Below, piece by piece: positions 37,564 through 46,143 of a DNA stretch of 64,000 nt; position 1 is the stretch's first letter, and each line of letters opens with the position of its first letter. The position numbers and the translations under genes are program-made. Below the pieces are notes generated by a model. That model saw only the letters and a program-made list of their open reading frames with translations, was not told the origin of the DNA and ran no database searches. The stretch comes from Candidatus Borrarchaeum weybense (GTDB taxonomy: Archaea; Asgardarchaeota; Sifarchaeia; Borrarchaeales; Borrarchaeaceae), in the NCBI GenBank assembly GCA_019057385.1, contig JAHQJS010000004.1:662508-726507 (forward strand), read 5' to 3'.

Positions 37564-39306
37564 TTAACCCGCTCTACTTGACGGGATTAACAGGATTGTA
37601 TCTCCATCCTTTATATTGAACTCTTCAAAAATACTGTTTTCATCCAATGTAATTCCGTTATAAGATAAATGAACTCCTATAGGGTTCAGTCCAAATGAAT
37701 TCGACACAGTCTCCTTGATATCATTCACTTTGTGATCGAGATTAATGAGTAATTTTTGTTTCTTTTCGCCAGGTCCAATTGTGGACATGAAGTAGATGTT
37801 AATTTGTTTGTCTGTGACATCGTTTTCTATGAGTTTATCGATCTTTTCGCCAGCGATAGGTTCCGTAATTTCAGAAGTTATCATTGCAGCTGTTTCATCC
37901 GTAGGAACTTCTTCTATTGCTGACGGCAGGATGATTTCTTCGACCATTTCTGAGTCTTCAACGACTTTTTCAAGTTTAGCCTCTTCTTCTGCATGTAATT
38001 CCTTTCTTTTAGCCTGCTGTTCCTCTACTTTCTGCCTAAAGTAATTAGTGACTGTTTCAGTCATAGCATCTTGTATATCATCTTCGTCTATTGTTTTATG
38101 GTCGGTTACCAGCCATCGTGCATTAAATTGAATCACATTATCTTCGAATTCGTCAGGACATATCAGTAAAAATTCACCAGCAGAGAGTTTAGGTAATTGA
38201 GCTACTATGTCATTGGCTTTCTCTGGATTCAAACTTTTTAATAGGTGATGCACTTTTGAGATGTCCTGTTTTGTCATCATACGTCCTAATACCCAGGTGT
38301 TTGCTTGTGCCATCGCTTTGTAGTCAATGTCTGCAGGATTTTGAGTTGCAATCAGATTGCTTACGCCATATTTCCGTGCTTGTTTCATAAGCAGTTGTAA
38401 AGAATTCTTAGGGGGAGGATTATAAGGATGTGGTGGCAAATAAGGTGCAATTTCATCAACATAGAAAATGAGTTGAGGATCATTCTTTGGATGGCGAAGC
38501 ATCCATTCATATAATTGTCGGCTTAATGTTGCGATGAAGAAGTGTTTATCGGCTTCCTTATTCAGCGTGTTAAGATAGATAATGTTTACAGGGGTCTTTC
38601 CAGCCTCTACAGGCGTCAAGAAGGTATCGATATCCAGAGCTATACCCATTTCGAAAATCAGTTTAGTTGCTCCGGTCGCCAAAAATCGAATCTTTTTTGC
38701 TAGCTTTCGAATTTCTCTCGTATCGATCACACCAGAAGATCTTTCTTTGAGCTGTTCAGGAGGATTTTCCACGCATTCAGCTAAAGTCTTTAAATGGTCT
38801 AAAGGTGACCCTTGTTCCCTATAATAATCCAAAAGTTGAAAGAGATATGTCTGTGCTGCTTTCCCGGTATCATTTTCAGGATCGTAGCCTAGGAAACGAA
38901 TTAAAGTTACTGCTATATTGTCTACTGCCTTTATGATATCTTCAACATCCATTTCCTCTTCTGAAAATTTTAACGGGTTTATACATAAAGGAATACCTTT
39001 TGATGATGCAGGAGTCCAGATACGAACTTCTGCATTTTCCCAATACTCTTCAGCAAATTCCAGGGGAGTTCCCATCTCTTGAAGTTTCTCTGGATCACCA
39101 AGTAGCCCCAGACTTGCAATATCTCCTTGTGGGTCGATTACTAGGGTAGGAATTTCCTGTCGTGTAGCTTCTTCCACTAATACCTTACAAAAAACAGTCT
39201 TTCCAGACCCGGAGGCGCCTAGGGTACAAATATGACGTTTTAAGGTCTTTTTCTTAAGTTCGACAAATTCCTCTGTTGCTTTATTTTTACCTAAAACTAT
39301 ACTCAC
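37564..39306 (-). CDS. HerA/FtsK-superfamily (DUF87/DUF853-like) ATPase fused to a C-terminal ubiquitin-like domain ending SRAG
   Basis: Walker A GASGSGKT, IDPQGD, Walker B FYVDE, ARKYG, ATQNP; last ~80 aa share YFMSTIGPGEKKQKLL and GDT.LLIP with the free Ubl. Confidence 0.9.
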   Translation of the reverse strand: MSIVLGKNKATEEFVELKKKTLKRHICTLGASGSGKTVFCKVLVEEATRQEIPTLVIDPQGDIASLGLLGDPEKLQEMGTPLEFAEEYWENAEVRIWTPASSKGIPLCINPLKFSEEEMDVEDIIKAVDNIAVTLIRFLGYDPENDTGKAAQTYLFQLLDYYREQGSPLDHLKTLAECVENPPEQLKERSSGVIDTREIRKLAKKIRFLATGATKLIFEMGIALDIDTFLTPVEAGKTPVNIIYLNTLNKEADKHFFIATLSRQLYEWMLRHPKNDPQLIFYVDEIAPYLPPHPYNPPPKNSLQLLMKQARKYGVSNLIATQNPADIDYKAMAQANTWVLGRMMTKQDISKVHHLLKSLNPEKANDIVAQLPKLSAGEFLLICPDEFEDNVIQFNARWLVTDHKTIDEDDIQDAMTETVTNYFRQKVEEQQAKRKELHAEEEAKLEKVVEDSEMVEEIILPSAIEEVPTDETAAMITSEITEPIAGEKIDKLIENDVTDKQINIYFMSTIGPGEKKQKLLINLDHKVNDIKETVSNSFGLNPIGVHLSYNGITLDENSIFEEFNIKDGDTILLIPSSRAG

Positions 39307-39454
39307 TGTATAGCCTCCTTTTCAGTAGAAGCTAGGACAGTATATACTATATTTCTTTCCTCTTAGACAAAAAAAATGAATCAAATGGAGGATTATTTAG
39401 GCACGATTTTCCGCGAAATATTCGAGGAAACGTTCTCTGGTGAATGTCGGAAAC

Positions 39455-40030
39455 CTAAGGTTTTTTGAACTCTTTTCCGATGGAAAACGCCTTTCCTAGA
39501 AATCCTCCCATAGAATAATATTCACGAATTCCGGGAGCATAAGCAATCGGATCAATCTTTTTAAAATCGGGATTTCCGTCTTCTCTAAGGCATTCTTCAT
39601 CAATTTTTACGTCCAAGACTTCGCCCACAAACAGCGTATGCAGTCCTAATTCATGAGAATGCACAAGTTTGCACTCAAGAATAAGAGCAAATTCCTTTAC
39701 GTAAGGAGCGTTTACTAAATCACTCTTGACAGGGGTAAACCCAGTGTCTTCAAATTTATTTGTGTTTTTTCCTGAAGCAATGCCAAAATAGTCAACGTGC
39801 TTCACGTAGTCTTGAGAAGCAATACTTACCGTGAACTCTTTCTGTTCTAAAATATTCCCATAGGTGTAGGTGGCTTTTCTTAAGGCGATAGAGACGCAAA
39901 CAGGTTTTGAACAGCAAATACTTCCCCAAGCGACCGCCATCACGTTAGGATTTCCAGATTTATCATAGGTTCCAACTATGAAAACTGGAGTTGGGTAAAC
40001 GATAGTTTTCGAACCTAGAGATTTTTTCAT
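39455..40030 (-). CDS. Flavin reductase family (flavoredoxin-like)
   Basis: [29 protein letters not shown]. Confidence 0.9.
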   Translation of the reverse strand: MKKSLGSKTIVYPTPVFIVGTYDKSGNPNVMAVAWGSICCSKPVCVSIALRKATYTYGNILEQKEFTVSIASQDYVKHVDYFGIASGKNTNKFEDTGFTPVKSDLVNAPYVKEFALILECKLVHSHELGLHTLFVGEVLDVKIDEECLREDGNPDFKKIDPIAYAPGIREYYSMGGFLGKAFSIGKEFKKP

Positions 40031-40074
40031 TTATGATCCCCTCTGATATGTGGATCAACTATAAGTTTTGTTTT

Positions 40075-41304
40075 TTAAAGAGTTTTTGAAGAAATGGTTT
40101 CACTTAATTTCAGTAAAACAATTACTGTCCCAATAATGGGGAAAATTGCAAGAAACACGAACATTACACGTAAACCAAATAATTGTGCCGTAATCCCCCC
40201 TAAGACTGACCCGGTGACCGCACCAAGAGATAAACTTGAATTAAGGAGCCCCATTGCTTCGTTATGTTTAAATTCAGGAGCAACATCTGAAACAAAGGCA
40301 CTTCCTCCAGTATAAATCGCCGCAAAAACCACGGAAAGAAAGATTTGAATTGCAAGCAATAAGAAGAGATCATATGCTAATGCATAGATTATCAAGGTAA
40401 CACTAGTACCTAGTGACCCTAATATTAAAATTGGTTTTCTTCCTATTTTGTCTGAAAGCTTTCCAATGGGTGCCATTAGGAATCCCGACAGTCCTAAATA
40501 GATGCCAATAAGAATTCCAGCCCACGAGTTCGAAAACAATCCTGCAAAGAAAATTGATAAGAAAGAAAACGCACCTCCGTAAGCTGAATAACGTAAATAA
40601 AATACTACATACAGCCAACTTAAACCATGCTCTTTTAGGTAAGAGTTTTCGTCACTATTTGGTAAAAATCGATTTTTCAATGAACTGATTATCCTTCTGA
40701 AGTTTCTTTCTTTATTAGTACTGGTTGTAATCTCTATAAGGAAAATTATAGTCAATATTACTGCAGTAAATGCAATGGAACATGCAAGGTAAAATGTCAC
40801 TGCAAAATTGAAAAGATCTGCAATTAATCCTCCTAGAAATGAGCCACACGCCCAGCCTATGGAAGTTGATGTATTAAGAATACCTAGACTTTTGCCTTTT
40901 TCATGCTTCAAGGAAATTGCAGAGACCAACCCCATGCACGTGGGACGAAATCCTGCAGCAATAAACCCCATAATCCCCATTAGCAAAATCAAAAGCGTTG
41001 GAATATTAATGAAGGCGATGAATAGAAGAATAACTGCCATTCCAGATAGACTAAAGATGATAAACGGTTTACGTGATCCCATGATATCACTTAAAGCCCC
41101 CATAAATACTAAACTCACTGTTTGGACACCATAATAGGTCGCTAAAAGGAGGCTCGCTTGAAGTAGTGTTGCTCCTAAAGATCTCGCATAAAGAGGCATT
41201 ACGACCAATGGTATTATTATTGCGAACGAGAACAGCAAATTTACAGTGCTTATCGGTACTAATGATTTCGAAAAACCCTCTTTTTCTGGATCCAAAGGAA
41301 TCAT
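40075..41304 (-). CDS. MFS transporter
   Basis: About 12 TM helices; GALSDIMGSRK and GKLSDKIGRK motif A. Confidence 0.92.
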   Translation of the reverse strand: MIPLDPEKEGFSKSLVPISTVNLLFSFAIIIPLVVMPLYARSLGATLLQASLLLATYYGVQTVSLVFMGALSDIMGSRKPFIIFSLSGMAVILLFIAFINIPTLLILLMGIMGFIAAGFRPTCMGLVSAISLKHEKGKSLGILNTSTSIGWACGSFLGGLIADLFNFAVTFYLACSIAFTAVILTIIFLIEITTSTNKERNFRRIISSLKNRFLPNSDENSYLKEHGLSWLYVVFYLRYSAYGGAFSFLSIFFAGLFSNSWAGILIGIYLGLSGFLMAPIGKLSDKIGRKPILILGSLGTSVTLIIYALAYDLFLLLAIQIFLSVVFAAIYTGGSAFVSDVAPEFKHNEAMGLLNSSLSLGAVTGSVLGGITAQLFGLRVMFVFLAIFPIIGTVIVLLKLSETISSKTL

Positions 41305-41574
41305 TTCTGCTCGCGTTCGATGTTTTTGATTCGAATTTAAATTTTTGTGTAGAGGTTGAAGCTGTCATCTAATCACTTAAGCTTTAGATAAGTTTCATTT
41401 CGTCTACAAAACGCTGGAGAACAGCTATTCTTGGTGAAAAGTTCAATTCTCATATGTGATCGTCTAGCCAATCGCCGAGGTCTGTAAGAACTCTTCTCCT
41501 ATCCTCTATTAATTCATTGTAATCGCTTCTGGAGACTCCTTCCTTTTAAGGTGGAGAGGAAAGAGGCGTAAAAA

Positions 41575-42777
41575 CTAACATAAACTGAATAATAACCCTT
41601 TTCCATATGTTATCAACTCCACGTTGTTAATTGCGACACTGGGATTTTTTCCTTTAGGATTGTCCAACACAACTCGTTTTCCGTAACAATGAACTCCTTT
41701 TACTCTATATGTGTTATGATTATACTTGACAAGGTCATAGGGTTGCAACTGGTATCTCTGTCTCCTAATAGACGGTTTGAATCCCTTTCTATTCTTCTGT
41801 AGCGAACGGTTATTGCGCCTGATTTGTATCACCTCATACGGGCGGCAGCGTTCTTGATTGGTGCCGCCGGCAATGACGAATGCATCATTAATATGAGATT
41901 TTTCTAAACCTAACTTATTGCGGTGGTATTTAGTAACGTATCCGTAAGTATATTCTGCATCTAATTGCTCTACTAGTTTCCAACGAATGTTATTCAGACA
42001 GGCGGTTGCTTTAAGTGGCGTCTTTGCCTGCTGCTGGATGTGAGGGTAGCCGAACTCCTCGGCGGTCTTATCTCCTTTTTTAAGGTTACATTTCCTACAG
42101 GCGATCGTCAAATTCGACACTCGATCTGTCCCACCTCGGCTTTTCGGAACGATATGCTCGACTTCTAGGGGCACGCCCGTTTTACCACAATAGGCACATT
42201 TGCGTCCCCACTTATCTAACAGGTATTCTTTGACTTCGTAGCCCTGAAGTTCGCCCTGCTGGTACTCTACGCCTGTAATTTCCGGATGTTGCATTTTGTG
42301 AGCGTCGAAATTGCCCACCTCTATTTTTTTGAAGGGTATCGGTAGCATCGTTTCAAGTGTTTCACCTAATCGAATATGTGAGTCATGCCGATGTTGAATA
42401 CTGGGGGGTAACCAGCCTTCAGGTCGTGTTCGGTTATCAAATCGTGGTGGTCGATACCCTAATCTGCCTCTACGAGTGCTACGATACCTACGTTTTTCCG
42501 CTAGCTTGTTAGATACATCCTTGCGCAAGCGTAACGTGCAACTGATGACTTCTAATTTATCGGTCGTGGCACTAAATCCGAGTTTCATATATCCCGGGTC
42601 TACTCCCAGTTTAATCGATTGTGTCGCCTCTCCGGTGGCATAATTCAACTGAATGGTAAACGGGCATCGCTGAACAACTGTTGCCTTGCCTTCTTTTAAC
42701 AACTTTTTTCCTGTATGTTGTGTGGTCGGCATGAGGGGGTGCCCCCTCATGTTCAACACATAGATAGGTACTCTCAA
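41575..42777 (-). CDS. iscB: RNA-guided endonuclease IscB
   Basis: PLMP, RuvC-I GVDPG, Arg-rich bridge helix, RuvC-II E, HNH (CAYC...EHIVPKSRGG...CRKCN), RuvC-III SHINDA. Confidence 0.95.
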   Translation of the reverse strand: MRVPIYVLNMRGHPLMPTTQHTGKKLLKEGKATVVQRCPFTIQLNYATGEATQSIKLGVDPGYMKLGFSATTDKLEVISCTLRLRKDVSNKLAEKRRYRSTRRGRLGYRPPRFDNRTRPEGWLPPSIQHRHDSHIRLGETLETMLPIPFKKIEVGNFDAHKMQHPEITGVEYQQGELQGYEVKEYLLDKWGRKCAYCGKTGVPLEVEHIVPKSRGGTDRVSNLTIACRKCNLKKGDKTAEEFGYPHIQQQAKTPLKATACLNNIRWKLVEQLDAEYTYGYVTKYHRNKLGLEKSHINDAFVIAGGTNQERCRPYEVIQIRRNNRSLQKNRKGFKPSIRRQRYQLQPYDLVKYNHNTYRVKGVHCYGKRVVLDNPKGKNPSVAINNVELITYGKGLLFSLC

Positions 42778-42779
42778 GT

Positions 42780-43047
42780 CCTATCTCCTCCTTTAACGAG
42801 TGTTAAAGTCGGTTGGTTCTCTTCGCCAAGGTTATCAGTCAGTACTCTACGATGATCACTGAGAGTTTCCTCTCTGTTTAAACCACCGTTTACAGAGCAA
42901 GGGACTAGAGAAGCATCCCTTGGTGTGTTCTTTAACTCTCCTGATAACTTAGATACCGCCATATCCATGACCTCTCTTAGGCTAATCAACTAATTACTCT
43001 CAGGTCTCACGACCCAAGCCCCGACTCTTCAGGGTGGGGTAATTGAC
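42780..43047 (-). ncRNA. omegaRNA (HEARO-like) of the IscB element
   Basis: About 270 nt of non-coding sequence 5' of iscB, with the GTCAA..CCCC/GGGG hairpin, ACACCAAGGGATGCTTCTCTAGTCCCTTGCTCTGT and AACTTGGCGAAG segments. Confidence 0.8.
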
Positions 43048-43084
43048 TGTAAACCTCATGGTAGAGCCCCTCGTAGATTTTTAT

Positions 43085-43487
43085 CTAACCTCCGCAAGAA
43101 GACTCCATCCGACAGGGTGGAGATGAATTGCGGTACGGGTTGTGTCTCACGTATCCCTTTCTGCGAGCACAGGGGATAGTGTGCCCATACCAAACTATAT
43201 TTAACGACCTGTAAAGGTCAGCTCCGCCGAAGCGGGTTTGTCCTCATCACCAATGTTGAGGCAGGCACGGAACATGATGATGGTACAGGTCTCGGGATAC
43301 CGATCTGGGTCGTCCACCATGTCTTTCAGAGCCTGGAACTTGAGGAGCATTCCAGGGTGATTTTCAGACACTCAGCCCCGAACGTAGTTCATCTGCCTCC
43401 ACCCTACAGGAGACTTCACTTAGGCTAATCTCCTACCCCTCTACAGGAGCTCTTTCAACCCCCTTCCGAAAGGGAGGGGTAGTTGAC
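43085..43487 (-). mobile_element. Non-autonomous omegaRNA-only IscB-family element (403 bp)
   Basis: Starts GTCAACTACCCCTCCC..GGAAGGGGG; contains ACTACGTT, CACCCTGGAATGCTCCTCAAGTTCCAGGCTCTG, AACATTGGTGA and a 3' hairpin; no ORF; exact removal restores the host frame. Confidence 0.82.
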
Positions 43488-44054
43488 AGTTTTATCCGGC
43501 ATACTCATTAATTCATCAAGTTCATCTGCACCAAGCACTAATGAATCTGAAGATCTGCTTTGAACCAAAGTAGGAATCCTAATCTGACTAACCAATTTCT
43601 TGGCTTGCATATTTGCTGCTATTAATTCTGTGCCTAACTTAAAAGTGATTTTAGAAAGAACTAATGGATCGTCTTCATACACTGTAACTACGTTGGGATC
43701 ACGAGAAATCTCCGTACTTAATTTGGGATCGATTTTGCGTTTCATGAGAAGGCGCGTCTTCGAGCGTTACCGAATCGTCTCATCAGGTCGTCCAGCACCT
43801 GTGTGTCTGCGAATGAGGTGATAACCCCAGGAAGTGTAATCACGGCCATAGTACGTCGCTTCCAGTAGTTAGAAAGTTAGTAAGGAGCACCACTCTTATA
43901 AACAGACAGACCCCAACCTGTAACTAAAAAAGTGAAGCAGAAGACGGACCCCTTCAAAATTCACGGATTTTTTTAAAAACCCGAAATTCAAAATTGAAAA
44001 AAAGAAGCTGAAAAGGAAAAAAGAGAACGATAAGAGGCCTGAATAATTTTCTAG

Positions 44055-44201
44055 CTAAATCTTACCTTCCTTTTTCAATTTATCAAGCATTTCTCGACCG
44101 TGACATTTGATTATCTGCTCTTCTGAGCAGTTTCCTTCTTTAAATGAATCCCTAATTTCAGGCTTGTCACATTCACATTCTTCGGCGTGTTTTTCAACCA
44201 T
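44055..44201 (-). CDS. Small Cys/His-rich protein (48 aa), absent from ORF track
   Basis: GAGGTGA RBS; MVEKHAEECECDKPE...GNCSEEQIIKCHG...; divergent from the HxlR gene. Confidence 0.7.
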   Translation of the reverse strand: MVEKHAEECECDKPEIRDSFKEGNCSEEQIIKCHGREMLDKLKKEGKI

Positions 44202-44342
44202 ACTGTTCACCTCTTAGTTTTACAAACACAGAGAATACTATAACTTGAACTTCTCTGCATTGCAACTTATTTAGTGATGTTTTTTGTTTTTAGAGAAAAT
44301 TTTTTATTACTTCAAAAAATATAGTGTATCTGATAATATAAA

Positions 44343-44825
44343 TTGCAAAGAGGATGCTATGGAAATAACTTCCCAAAAGTAAAGCGGCAGAAAGGTGATT
44401 ATATGATTCAAGAAAATGAATGTAAGAGTTTAGATCATGCTAATAAGTCGGATAAAGTTACCAATACTAATGAACGCCTTCATTGGCATTGTCTGCAGCA
44501 TGAAGGAAATCTTAATTGTACAAGTGAATGTGTGCTTCAAAATGCATTGAAAATTTTTGGAAAGAAGCATTCTATGTCCATAATTCGGGCTCTTCTGCGT
44601 CACAATAAATTACGCTTTAATAAACTACTGGACGCGGTAGGAGGCAGCCCTAAGACCCTTACTAAACGTCTAAGAGAGTTAGAGGAACACGGGTTATTAG
44701 ACCGAGAGACTTATGACGAAATTCCACCTAGGGTTGAATATTCACTTACAAAACCTGGAAAAGATTTGGAAGATATCTTTGAAAGGATTTCCATCTGGGC
44801 TGGAACTTGGATCGCGAGTAGATAG
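44343..44825 (+). CDS. HxlR family winged-helix regulator
   Basis: LRFNKLL...SPKTLTKRLRELEEHGLL.R..YDEIPPRVEYSLT; true start likely downstream (about 44403). Confidence 0.9.
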   Translation: MQRGCYGNNFPKVKRQKGDYMIQENECKSLDHANKSDKVTNTNERLHWHCLQHEGNLNCTSECVLQNALKIFGKKHSMSIIRALLRHNKLRFNKLLDAVGGSPKTLTKRLRELEEHGLLDRETYDEIPPRVEYSLTKPGKDLEDIFERISIWAGTWIASR

Positions 44826-44883
44826 AAGAACGCAAAATTAGAATGAAATTACTAGAAAACAAAAAATGGTGCGTCAGACAAAT

Positions 44884-45357
44884 TTAATCGATTACTTCTT
44901 CAACATAGACTAAAGCTTCATTTGGACAATGTGCCACACATGCTGGAACGTCGCTATCTGGACAAAGATCACATTTTGAAACCACTTTAACATTGTTATT
45001 TTCATCTCGAGCAATAGTAATAGCCCCATACGGGCACACCATGATACAACTGCAGCATCCGACGCATTTATCTGCGTTATGTTGTACTGTCCCGTCTTCA
45101 TCAATGTACATAGCACCACTAATGCACGCATACACACAATCAGGTTCATTACAGTGACGGCATTGCAGTGCAAATGAAATTGGTTTACTTATTTCTACTA
45201 TTACTTTTGGATCTGGTTTCTGTAATTCGTGTTTGAATGCTTTGATTATGTCTTTTGATTTAGAATGTTCAACTACACACCAAATCTCACACAGTTTGCA
45301 GCCTATACATACTTCTTCGTTAGCATAAATTCTTTTCATAAAACTCATCTGCCTCAA
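44884..45357 (-). CDS. 4Fe-4S dicluster ferredoxin-like subunit (glutamate synthase cluster 2)
   Basis: CIGCKLC, CRHCNEPDC, CVGCCSCIMVCP, KCDLC. Confidence 0.9.
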   Translation of the reverse strand: MRQMSFMKRIYANEEVCIGCKLCEIWCVVEHSKSKDIIKAFKHELQKPDPKVIVEISKPISFALQCRHCNEPDCVYACISGAMYIDEDGTVQHNADKCVGCCSCIMVCPYGAITIARDENNNVKVVSKCDLCPDSDVPACVAHCPNEALVYVEEVID

Positions 45358-45375
45358 ATTTCAAATGACATTAAT

Positions 45376-46143
45376 TCAATATGCATATAATTTTCCATAA
45401 GGACGTTTATGAACAGGAATGAGTTTGGTAAATGGCATATCTAAGATTTCTTGATCGTTGAAACCATCAAAATACCATGTAAACTCTCTAATAGCTTTTT
45501 CTAGCAATTTAAAGTCTTCTTCGTCCATTTCAACAGGGCTGATTTCTTTTCCTAACTGAGACTCTTTTATGTTATCTTCATCGCCACGGATGAAAAGCGT
45601 CCCTCCATGCATACCAGTTCCTATGAAATTAGCTCTGTGAGTTTGACCTTTTCTTAAAGTTAATCCAAGTAAAATTCCGATTCCACCCGCCATATATTCC
45701 CCGAAAAAGTCTTGTGCAGTCCCACCGATAACTACAACCGGTTTTTTCAGTAAATATTCTTTCATATGCAAAAGACATCTATACCCGACATCTCCTCGTA
45801 TGAAAATCTTGCCACCACGCATTGACATAGCGAGCAGATCTCCTGCGTTGCCATGAACTATGATTTTGCCATCGTTCATCGTATTTCCGATTCCATCCTG
45901 ACCATTTCCATAAACCTGAATGCTAATAGGTCCGTTCAAAAATGCTCCTAAATCCTGTCCAGGTGTACCATTTATTTCAATCTCTATCTGACGATCGTAA
46001 ACACCAGTACCAATATAGCGATGTCCATATACATTATCAAGAATGAGTTTCCTAATTCCATTGGTTGCTGCTTGTCTTATTTTTTCATTTAATTCACGGA
46101 AAGGTATGCCCGCAGCATTAATTACCTTAGCATAAGTGCTCAT
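45376..46143 (-). CDS. Glutamate synthase GXGXG-domain subunit (cluster 2)
   Basis: GHRYIGTG, GNTMNDG, GEYMAGG, GTGMHGG. Confidence 0.9.
   Translation of the reverse strand: MSTYAKVINAAGIPFRELNEKIRQAATNGIRKLILDNVYGHRYIGTGVYDRQIEIEINGTPGQDLGAFLNGPISIQVYGNGQDGIGNTMNDGKIIVHGNAGDLLAMSMRGGKIFIRGDVGYRCLLHMKEYLLKKPVVVIGGTAQDFFGEYMAGGIGILLGLTLRKGQTHRANFIGTGMHGGTLFIRGDEDNIKESQLGKEISPVEMDEEDFKLLEKAIREFTWYFDGFNDQEILDMPFTKLIPVHKRPYGKLYAY

Larger units (their letters stand above)
41518..43047 (-). mobile_element. IS200/IS605-superfamily IscB (OMEGA) element without tnpA
   Basis: Starts GTCAATTACCCCACCCTGAAGAGTCGGGGCTTG; omegaRNA region, iscB and 3' hairpin; boundaries defined by restoring the host ORF. 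Confidence 0.9.
41450..43745 (-). pseudogene. Alpha/beta hydrolase (lysophospholipase-like) 3' fragment split by two insertions
   Basis: Joining 43745-43488, 43084-43048 and 41517-41450 gives ...SRDPNVV...IPTLVQ...DKT|IKIYEGLYHEVY|NELIEDRRRVLTDLGDWLDDHI*; the 5' half with GxSxG is absent. Confidence 0.8.

Noticed and set aside
42774-42989. 71-aa ORF upstream of iscB
   Set aside because: It lies within the omegaRNA region and has no protein features.
41518-43052. TTACA as a target-site duplication of the IscB element
   Set aside because: IS200/IS605-type elements do not normally make TSDs and the neighbouring element shows none. It only makes the boundary ambiguous by up to 5 bp.
43746-43925. 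GC-richer segment replacing the 5' half of the hydrolase, possibly another mobile remnant
   Set aside because: No recognisable ORF, terminal repeat or RNA motif.
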